From an uncultured archaeon (GTDB taxonomy: Archaea > Iainarchaeota > Iainarchaeia > Iainarchaeales > 0-14-0-20-30-16): a stretch of DNA of 32,000 bases. The translations under genes and the position numbers were made by a program. The stretch covers positions 12,480 through 44,479 of the forward strand of contig CAYZSS010000005.1 in assembly GCA_964480435.1 (NCBI GenBank), written 5' to 3'. Every line of letters begins with the position of its first letter. The stretch's first letter is position 1. Shown piece after piece: positions 25,065-32,000 of this stretch. Below the pieces are notes generated by a model, which was not told the DNA's origin, ran no database searches, and saw only the letters and a list, made by a program, of their open reading frames with translations.

Positions 25065-27170
25065 ATGGACAAGAATGAAGAAAGACAAGATGAACAAGAG
25101 TTCTTCAATGAGAAAATGACTGACCCCCATATTGAAAAGTTTGACTACTTTCTTAATCTAAAATATCTTAAAGAGATTGAAAAGCTAACTGTAAAGAATA
25201 AAGATCTAAGAATTGACTTTAAAATCCTTGAAGAATATGACCCTTACTTAGCAGATGAACTAATTAAAAAGCCAGATACCTGCATAAATGCAATAAAATA
25301 CTGCATCCACAAAAGGGCAGAAACCCTAAAAGATAGCATAGATTTTGAACCAATTATTAATATTTTTAACCTTCCACAAGAAAATAGGATATTTATTAAA
25401 AACCTTGTTGCGGAAGATATTGACAAACTGATCTCTATTGAAGGGATTGTTAGACAATTCACCACAGTACTCCCTAAACTTAAGATAGCACATTGGATGT
25501 GTAAAAGGTGTGGTTATGAGTTTAATATGGATGTAAAACACGAAGTTGAGAAACCTACTTTTTGCCCCGAGTGCAGGCACAAAGCTTTAGACCTAATCGA
25601 AGCCAAAAGTCTATTTATTGATTATCAAAAATTAGAGATTCAGGAGCCCCTAGAAGTGCTTAAAGGTGGAGAGCAGTCCAATACCCTTGTGGTAATAGTT
25701 ACAGACGCTATGGTGGGCAAAGTAAGCGCAGGAGACAGGATTATTGTTACTGGGATATTAAAACTAGTACCTCCACAAAAAAATCTAAGTGTTTATGGTA
25801 AATGTTTAGAGTGTCTTGATGTTGAAGAAACTAAACAGGATTATGAAGATATAGAGATTGATGAAGAGAATTTTGAACAAATAAAAAATTATTCTGAAAA
25901 CCCAGAAATTTATGAAATATTAGTAAACTCAATTGCTCCAAATATATTTGGGCATGATGTAATTAAAGAAGCTATTGCCCTGCAATTATTTGGAGGAGTA
26001 AAAAAGACAATGGAAGATGGTTCAAAAACAAGAGGAAATATTCATATTCTATTAATTGGTGACCCCGGAGTAGGAAAGTCCAAACTTCTTTTATATGCAA
26101 GTAATGTTGCTCCGAAGAGTCTTTACGTTGTTGGAAAAACAGCAAGTGGAGCTGGATTAACAGCTTCAGCAGTAAAGGATGAATTTGGAGAAGGCGGTTG
26201 GACTCTGAAAGCAGGTGCACTTGTTTTAGCAAGCGGTGGATTTGCAATGATTGATGAGTTCGATAAAATGAACCCAGAAGACAGAAGTGCAATGCACGAA
26301 GCAATGGAGCAGGAAACTGTATCAATTGCAAAAGCAGGAATAGTTTCCAATTTTAAAACTGAAACCAGCATTTTAGCTGCTGCAAACCCAAAGTATGGTA
26401 GATTTGACCAATTTAAGACCATTCCAGAACAAATAGATATCCCTCCAACTTTAATGTCCAGATTTGATTTGTTCTTTTCCATAAAAGATCTCCTTGATGA
26501 AAAAAAAGATAGAGAAACAGTTATGGCAATACTTAAAGGGCACAAAACAGGGGAATTATTAAGTAAGATGAAACAGATAGATTTAGTTAAGAAGGACAGA
26601 GATTATCTTGAAAAAAGTTTTAAAGCACAAATTAATCCGGATTTACTAAAAAAGTATATTTCCTATGCCAGAACAAAAATATCCCCTATTCTTTCTGATA
26701 AAGCGATGGATAGGTTAGGTAAATTCTTTATTGAGTTGAGAAAAAAAAGTAAGGATGGAAGAGTAACTGTAACTTACAGACAGCTGGAAGCTTTAATAAG
26801 ACTTTCCGAAGCAAGTGCAAGAGTAAAATTGGCTCCGTCAGTGGAAATTGAGGATGCAGAAAGAGCAATAAAATTATTTAGAACATCTATGGAACAAGTA
26901 GGGATGGACCCAGAAACAGGAGACATGGATATTGATATTATTACCACTGGGCAAAGCCATTCACAGGCAGTTCAGATGCGTAATCTATTAGAAGTAATTA
27001 AAGATTGGTGTAAGGAGCATGACTCAATTAGTCTTAATGATCTAATGGTTGAATCAGAAGCAAGAAAAATAGATAGATCAAAAGTCCAAGAATACGTTGG
27101 AAAATTATCACGAGCCGGAGACATATATGAACCAAAACCGTTATACTATAAGCCAGTTTTTAAAGAGTGA
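25065..27170 (+). CDS. mcm: MCM replicative helicase
   Basis: Zinc finger CKRCGYEF...CPECRHK, Walker A IHILLIGDPGVGKS, Walker B AMIDEFDKM, arginine finger SRFDLFF, and a C-terminal winged-helix region. No intein. Confidence 0.95.
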   Translation: MDKNEERQDEQEFFNEKMTDPHIEKFDYFLNLKYLKEIEKLTVKNKDLRIDFKILEEYDPYLADELIKKPDTCINAIKYCIHKRAETLKDSIDFEPIINIFNLPQENRIFIKNLVAEDIDKLISIEGIVRQFTTVLPKLKIAHWMCKRCGYEFNMDVKHEVEKPTFCPECRHKALDLIEAKSLFIDYQKLEIQEPLEVLKGGEQSNTLVVIVTDAMVGKVSAGDRIIVTGILKLVPPQKNLSVYGKCLECLDVEETKQDYEDIEIDEENFEQIKNYSENPEIYEILVNSIAPNIFGHDVIKEAIALQLFGGVKKTMEDGSKTRGNIHILLIGDPGVGKSKLLLYASNVAPKSLYVVGKTASGAGLTASAVKDEFGEGGWTLKAGALVLASGGFAMIDEFDKMNPEDRSAMHEAMEQETVSIAKAGIVSNFKTETSILAAANPKYGRFDQFKTIPEQIDIPPTLMSRFDLFFSIKDLLDEKKDRETVMAILKGHKTGELLSKMKQIDLVKKDRDYLEKSFKAQINPDLLKKYISYARTKISPILSDKAMDRLGKFFIELRKKSKDGRVTVTYRQLEALIRLSEASARVKLAPSVEIEDAERAIKLFRTSMEQVGMDPETGDMDIDIITTGQSHSQAVQMRNLLEVIKDWCKEHDSISLNDLMVESEARKIDRSKVQEYVGKLSRAGDIYEPKPLYYKPVFKE

Positions 27171-27951
27171 TCCAATCTATTACAAGATTATTTTTTCCTA
27201 TCTTTTAATGGCAGGTTTTTCATTTATTCTTTATTACTTTCTTGTTTCTACAGGAGTAAAAATTGACCCTTTTGTTGAATCTAAAGAAAGCCTGAAAAAT
27301 ATTTACTACTTAGCAGGTGGAGTGTTTATTTCTACTTTCCTAATGCTAACAATTTTTAAGTTTTTTAAAGGAAGCACAAAAGGTCTTGATCTGATTATTA
27401 CTTTTATAGGGTTTGAAACACTCTTTTCTATTTTAAATATTACTTTTATTGGCTTTGTCCTTTCTATCCTTGTTTGCACTGTAAAATATTATGCAACCCA
27501 GAATAAACTAATAAAGAATTTTTCTATGATTCTAGTAACTTCTACTTTTGCCACCCTTATAGGATATTCTATTTCATTCCTTCCTCTGCTAATCTTTGCT
27601 TTAATCCTTGGAATTTATGACTATATTGCAGTTTACAAAACAAAACATATGGTATACATGGCAAAAAACATAAAAGAAACTAATTACATCTTTACAATTG
27701 CCTTACTCTATAACAAAAAGGCATTAGATATTGGAAGTGGGGATTTTGCAATTCCTTTGACTTTAGTAATCTCAGCTTTATTTGTAAACTTATATTTAGC
27801 CATAGCAATTCTTGTATTATCAATCATTATGCTCTGTGTTACTATCTTTTTGCTTCTAAATAAAAAAGAAGGAGAAAAGGTAATCCCTGCATTACCCTTA
27901 CAGGTTATTTCAAGTTTAATTGTTTATATTTTATTTCTTGCGATTTTTTAA
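27127..27951 (+). CDS. presenilin/signal-peptide-peptidase-like intramembrane aspartyl protease (A22 family)
   Basis: Multi-TM protein with YD (LGIYDYIAVYKTKHM), GxGD (LDIGSGDFAIP) and PAL (VIPALPLQV) motifs. The start is uncertain: ATGs at 27097, 27127 and 27211. The first TM helix begins before 27211, so the gene must overlap the mcm 3' end. Confidence 0.75.
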   Translation: MNQNRYTISQFLKSDPIYYKIIFSYLLMAGFSFILYYFLVSTGVKIDPFVESKESLKNIYYLAGGVFISTFLMLTIFKFFKGSTKGLDLIITFIGFETLFSILNITFIGFVLSILVCTVKYYATQNKLIKNFSMILVTSTFATLIGYSISFLPLLIFALILGIYDYIAVYKTKHMVYMAKNIKETNYIFTIALLYNKKALDIGSGDFAIPLTLVISALFVNLYLAIAILVLSIIMLCVTIFLLLNKKEGEKVIPALPLQVISSLIVYILFLAIF

Positions 27952-27965
27952 ATAATTTGTGTATT

Positions 27966-29054
27966 CTACTCACAATATATTATTTTTTTCCCTTCGTAAT
28001 TTATAGCTTCAACCTTACCACCTAAAAAATTAACAAACCTATATGGAATAGGAATTTTTCCTCCTTCTTTTGAGGCAATAATATATTGAGGAATTGCTAA
28101 CCCTGATATTCTTCCTTGTAATTTTTGCATAAGTTCCACACCTTTTTTAACAGTTGTACGAAGGTGTTTTGTTCCAAGGACAGGCATACAATGATATAAA
28201 TAATAAGGCCTAATTTTTATACAAAGAAGTTTCTTAAAAAGCAGTTCCAATATTTTTTCATTATCATTTACATTTTTAAGGAGAACTGATTGATTATATA
28301 AAATAAATCCAGCATCCAATAATAAATTACATGCTTTTTTGGATTCCTTTGTGATTTCATTTGGATGATTAAATTGTGTTCCAATATAAATCGGGTATTC
28401 TTCTTTATGGTATTTAGAAATAAGTTTTACTAGTTTAGGGGTAATTCTTTGAGGCAAATAAGTTAATGTTCTTGTAGCGATACGGATTATTTTTACATGT
28501 TTAATAGCCCTTAATCTTTTTAGAATATATTCCAATTTTTTATCTGAGATCATAAATAGATCTCCACCAGTAAGAAGAATGTCCCAAATAATTTTGTGTT
28601 TTTTTATGTAATCAATTGCATTATCAATTTCTTTAAAAGATAGTTCAGTTAAATGAAGCCCCTTAACATCTTCACACATTACTTTTCTAACACAGTGTCT
28701 ACACCAACTAGCACAGTTTCTAGTTACTAAAAAAGCTATTCTGTCTGGATATTTATGCTCAATTCCTTTAACTGCATAACAGGTTTCTTTATCCCAAGCA
28801 ACTAGCTCTTCTCCTTTTTCTTCAATCAGTTCTTTAATATTTGGAAAAACTTGCAATCTTAAAGGGTCCTTTTTATCTTTAGGATTTATTAAACTCAAAA
28901 AATAAGGGGTTATACGTAACGGAAATTTTTTTGTAATTTTAAATAATTCCTTTTTTTCTTTTTTACTCAGTGGAAGATATTTTGACAATTCATCTACAGA
29001 AGTAATTGTATGTTTTACTTGTTCTTGCCAAGTTTTATACATAGGTAGTTTCAT
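27966..29054 (-). CDS. KamA-family radical SAM enzyme (lysine 2,3-aminomutase-like)
   Basis: CASWCRHC (CxxxCxxC) cluster, ILLTGGDLFM and IIRIATR blocks typical of KamA/EpmB proteins. At 362 aa it lacks the longer C-terminal domain of canonical KamA. Confidence 0.85.
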   Translation of the reverse strand: MKLPMYKTWQEQVKHTITSVDELSKYLPLSKKEKKELFKITKKFPLRITPYFLSLINPKDKKDPLRLQVFPNIKELIEEKGEELVAWDKETCYAVKGIEHKYPDRIAFLVTRNCASWCRHCVRKVMCEDVKGLHLTELSFKEIDNAIDYIKKHKIIWDILLTGGDLFMISDKKLEYILKRLRAIKHVKIIRIATRTLTYLPQRITPKLVKLISKYHKEEYPIYIGTQFNHPNEITKESKKACNLLLDAGFILYNQSVLLKNVNDNEKILELLFKKLLCIKIRPYYLYHCMPVLGTKHLRTTVKKGVELMQKLQGRISGLAIPQYIIASKEGGKIPIPYRFVNFLGGKVEAINYEGKKIIYCE

Positions 29055-29119
29055 ATTATTAAGTATATTGTTTATGTTTTTTAATGTTTTGTTTTGTTTT
29101 ATGCTTTTAAAGAGGAATT

Positions 29120-30190
29120 TTATTTCTTGCCCTTATCTAATACTACTGTTTGTGTTGGGAAAGCAAAGTCTATTCCTGCTTTTTCAAAGTCTTTCTTTAT
29201 TTGAGTATTTATTTTATCTAAAACAGTAAATTTTTTGGAAACATCCCTAATCTTAAAAACAAGATAAAGGTTTAGTGACCAATCCTTGAATTCAGTAAAA
29301 TACACTTCAACAGTGCCTTCCTTTATTTCCTCTAGCCCATTTAGAATTTTCTCAGAAATCTTTTTTGCTTCAGCCATCTTTGCTGATGATGTGTCATAAG
29401 TAAGTCCAAGATTTAACCTTAACACCCCTCCGGATGTTGGTTTATAATAATTTTCAATACAAGAGTCTACAATTTTAGAATTTGGGAGTATCATAATATT
29501 CCCATCAAAGTTTTCTATTTTTGTACTTCTGAGTCCAACTTCTTTTATAATCCCAGTATTATTATCTATTTTTACTCTGTCACCAACTTTGAATGGTTTG
29601 TCACTAAATATTACTATTCCTCCAAATAAATCAGCAATTAGCTTTTGTGCAGCAAATGCTAAAGCTAAACCACCAACACCAGCCCCAGCCAATACAGGAG
29701 TAATATCTATGGACCAGATCTTTAGTAAATATATTAACACGAAAAATACAACAACAATTCTAAGAATTGCTTTTATAACAGGATACAATTGATCATCAAA
29801 AGACGACTTTGTTCTTTTTGCAATTTTCATAAACACATGATCATTAATAACCCCTATTAATCTGTAGATAAACACACTTACTGCTAATAAAATGGCTGAT
29901 TTAGCTAAGCCAGATAATATTAAAGTAGTATTACTCGATAAACCTAAAGGCTTAATTGTGATTAATAAAAAAATTACAAAAACAATTACTAATAACGGAT
30001 ATTTTAAGATCTTAATGATATCATCATCAACTTGTGTTTCAGTTTTTTTTGCTAAAACGGCAAATACCTTTGAAAATAAAAAGTATAGTATCCAAATTAC
30101 AATAAAAAAAGCAACAGCGTCTATTGCAAAGACACCCCACTTTGATAAACCCAAATTAAGAAAGTTTTCAATAATTCCTAAAGACAACAT
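29120..30190 (-). CDS. mechanosensitive ion channel, MscS family
   Basis: N-terminal TM helices, then the pore-lining/beta-domain signature LIADLFGGIVIFSDKPFKVGDRVKI. The ORF-track start at 30199 is a GTG inside a GGTGA motif. ATG at 30190 chosen. Confidence 0.85.
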   Translation of the reverse strand: MLSLGIIENFLNLGLSKWGVFAIDAVAFFIVIWILYFLFSKVFAVLAKKTETQVDDDIIKILKYPLLVIVFVIFLLITIKPLGLSSNTTLILSGLAKSAILLAVSVFIYRLIGVINDHVFMKIAKRTKSSFDDQLYPVIKAILRIVVVFFVLIYLLKIWSIDITPVLAGAGVGGLALAFAAQKLIADLFGGIVIFSDKPFKVGDRVKIDNNTGIIKEVGLRSTKIENFDGNIMILPNSKIVDSCIENYYKPTSGGVLRLNLGLTYDTSSAKMAEAKKISEKILNGLEEIKEGTVEVYFTEFKDWSLNLYLVFKIRDVSKKFTVLDKINTQIKKDFEKAGIDFAFPTQTVVLDKGKK

Positions 30191-30331
30191 ATTATTCACC
30201 AGTTTTAATTTTTAAAATAAAGATTAAAAATATACTATAAAGATAAACCAAGAGATCATATATAAACTTTTTCTAAAAAAGATAAGTATCTATATACTGA
30301 TAAAAAATAAAAAAAAAGAAAGGATTTTGAT

Positions 30332-31249
30332 TTATCCTATAAGGCTTTCTACAACACGTTCAAGAACACTTGGAATTAAGGCTACTTCTTGGTAGTTAAA
30401 GTAAATTACCTTTCCTAAACCATATCCTTTTTTTACTATTCCTGTGTAATATCTTCCAGTAACTAAATCTTGTATCATTGCCCACTCGTCACCTTGTGGA
30501 GACACATCAAATACTGTAAGAGGTAGACCTTGTAATCCTTGTGAAGTTGGATTTGGAGGTACTTGATCCATACCTTGGAATAGGTTTGTTTCGTAAGTAT
30601 TATGCCAAACACCATAATTAATAATAACTGGGGTGTTACATTGAGAGCCATTAAAAGTAATTGTACAATCTACTGGCGCCATACCTACATTAAATGTTGC
30701 TGGCAAACCTTCTAAATCTGGTCTTTGTGTTATAAATGTCCCTGAATTTCCTACTATTATTAATTTACCCCCCACTGACACATAATCTATTAAAGCTTCT
30801 GATAGGTCAGGAGGTATTGATTTATCGCTAAGCACAGACTGATCTAAAATGATTAAATCGTAATGTTTTATTTGATTTGCAGGGTTATATGCAAAGTTTT
30901 GAGCTGATTCTATTGGTTTTATTTTATATTTTTTGCCATTTTTTCCTTGCTCAAGAATAGTAATTAAACTTGTTTCTTGTTGATTATTTGAGTATACCCA
31001 CGGAGATCCAATTACTAGAACTTGTTTATATTCTCCCATTATATTTGATAAAAATCCACCAACTAACGGTATTGATTTAGCATCAATTAATCCGAAGTAA
31101 ATTGATAGAAATAAGAACAAAATAACAATTAAAACTAAAGGAATCCATATTTCAGAATGTGCTTTAATTTTATCAAAAAAACTATTTCCACTACCACCAT
31201 CAGCATAACTAGCTAATGGGTCTGGACCTGCTGCAGCATCATCATACAT
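30332..31249 (-). CDS. membrane-anchored hypothetical protein with GATase1-like (ThuA/GldG/DUF4350-like) domain
   Basis: Short acidic/Gly N-terminus and TM helix IWIPLVLIVILFLFLSIYFGLI. The block HYDLIILDQSVLSDKSIPPDLSEALIDYVSVGGKLIIVGNSG resembles class I glutamine-amidotransferase-like scaffold domains. GGTGA lies 6 nt upstream of the ATG. Confidence 0.55.
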   Translation of the reverse strand: MYDDAAAGPDPLASYADGGSGNSFFDKIKAHSEIWIPLVLIVILFLFLSIYFGLIDAKSIPLVGGFLSNIMGEYKQVLVIGSPWVYSNNQQETSLITILEQGKNGKKYKIKPIESAQNFAYNPANQIKHYDLIILDQSVLSDKSIPPDLSEALIDYVSVGGKLIIVGNSGTFITQRPDLEGLPATFNVGMAPVDCTITFNGSQCNTPVIINYGVWHNTYETNLFQGMDQVPPNPTSQGLQGLPLTVFDVSPQGDEWAMIQDLVTGRYYTGIVKKGYGLGKVIYFNYQEVALIPSVLERVVESLIG

Positions 31250-31370
31250 TAAACATCACCCATCATTTATATTTCAAAAAACATAGATATAATATAATAG
31301 TTTATTTATAAAGGTTTCTATCATATTTATAAATAGGTACAAAAAAGTTATACTGTTTTTGGGTGTTGAT

Positions 31371-31910
31371 ATGAAATATAAGATTGTAAATAGAGTTGCG
31401 TCTTCTACTTTAGACGGTCAATTAGATTTATTTAATTTAGCGGTTAGTAATCCACATATAGAGTACGAACCAGAACAATTCCCTGGTGCAATAATGAGAT
31501 TAACTGAACCAAAAGTTACTTTACTTTTGTTTAAGAATGGAAAGATTATATGTGCTGGAGCAAGCTCTGATGAAGAAGTGCCTTTAGCAATAAAAAGATG
31601 CTCTGAAATTATTAATAAATATCAACCAGAAATAAAGATACAAACAAAACCAGTATATGAAATTGTAAATATAGTTGCAAATGCACAAATAGATAAAACC
31701 TTTAATTTATTTGATATGGCATTGGAACTAGATAATGTTGAATATGAACCAGAACAATTCCCTGGTGCAATAATCAGATTATACAAACCAAAGGTAAGTT
31801 TATTGTTATTTAAGAATGGAAAAATCATCTGCGCTGGTGCTAAATCAGAACAAGATGTTATTGACAGTATAAAAGAAATAGAGAAACTTGCAGAAAAACT
31901 TGGAAAGTAA
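31371..31910 (+). CDS. tbp: TATA-box binding protein
   Basis: Two TBP repeats, each with YEPEQFPGAI.RL..PKV.LLLFKNGKIICAGA. The ORF-track start at 31359 is TTG. ATG at 31371 is preceded by GGGTG. TATA-like TTTATAAA lies at 31326-31333. Confidence 0.9.
   Translation: MKYKIVNRVASSTLDGQLDLFNLAVSNPHIEYEPEQFPGAIMRLTEPKVTLLLFKNGKIICAGASSDEEVPLAIKRCSEIINKYQPEIKIQTKPVYEIVNIVANAQIDKTFNLFDMALELDNVEYEPEQFPGAIIRLYKPKVSLLLFKNGKIICAGAKSEQDVIDSIKEIEKLAEKLGK
31467..31495 (+). repeat. intragenic direct repeat, copy 1 (TBP repeat cores)
   Basis: GAACCAGAACAATTCCCTGGTGCAATAAT is identical to 31746-31774, 279 nt (93 codons) downstream. Confidence 0.9.
31746..31774 (+). repeat. intragenic direct repeat, copy 2 (TBP repeat cores)
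   Basis: Exact 29-nt match to 31467-31495. After one mismatch, 6 more identical nt follow. A second identical 14-mer, TTTAAGAATGGAAA, lies further on in both copies. Confidence 0.9.
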
Positions 31911-32000
31911 TTCCAAGATTTTATTCTTTTTTTATTACTCTAATTTATTAATTTAGCTTTTTTATTCCACTTTACTCAGAATAATGTTCTCGAACTTTAT

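Noticed and set aside
18010-27170. The idea that mcm plus the neighbouring nuclease, HTH and zinc-finger genes form an integrated MCM-carrying provirus or plasmid, as described for some archaeal mobile elements.
   Set aside because: No integrase, capsid or packaging genes, flanking direct repeats or adjacent tRNA target were found. The MCM looks full-length and canonical and may be the only cellular copy. Kept only as a weak alternative under the island finding.
1-32000. A search for CRISPR arrays, rRNA genes, IS elements with terminal inverted repeats, and C/D-box sRNA motifs in the intergenic spacers.
   Set aside because: No regularly spaced direct repeats, rRNA-like GC-rich segments, transposase ORFs or convincing C box (RUGAUGA) plus D box (CUGA) pairs were seen. 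The only RNA gene supported is tRNA-Gln.

Overview
AT-rich, very gene-dense archaeal chromosome segment. Nearly every recognisable gene belongs to the archaeal information-processing or core set: archaeal DtdA, GatD, class II GlyRS, tRNA-Gln(CUG), Rio1 plus a KH/Dim2-like partner, topoisomerase VI B and A, MCM and TBP. Also present are a pyroglutamyl peptidase, a presenilin-type intramembrane protease, a KamA-family radical SAM enzyme and an MscS channel. The Lys/Asn/Ile-rich proteins, short or overlapping intergenic spacers, GGTG-type Shine-Dalgarno motifs and TATA-like boxes 25-30 nt upstream of several ATGs suggest a small-genome (DPANN-like) archaeon; this is inference only. No rRNA, CRISPR array, transposase or integrase was seen. 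Most notable: (1) top6B is interrupted by a 564-codon LAGLIDADG intein in the GHKL ATP-lid motif. (2) A roughly 7-kb block (18.0-25.0 kb) between pcp and mcm holds unrecognisable or accessory genes. These are a divergent multi-HTH protein / Cas4-RecB-like Fe-S nuclease pair, a two-gene secreted operon ending in a ~25% tyrosine charge-free protein, and a translationally coupled minus-strand cluster (ClpX-type zinc ribbon, lipobox/TM surface protein, HExxH protein, C2HC mini-protein). (3) A secreted AAA-less Lon S16 protease and an unrelated surface protein share a juxtamembrane SHOCT-like cytoplasmic motif. (4) An Arg-rich multi-HTH orphan has a C-terminus that resembles bacterial sigma-70 region 2 by eye. 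All family assignments come from motif recognition by eye. No database search was possible.
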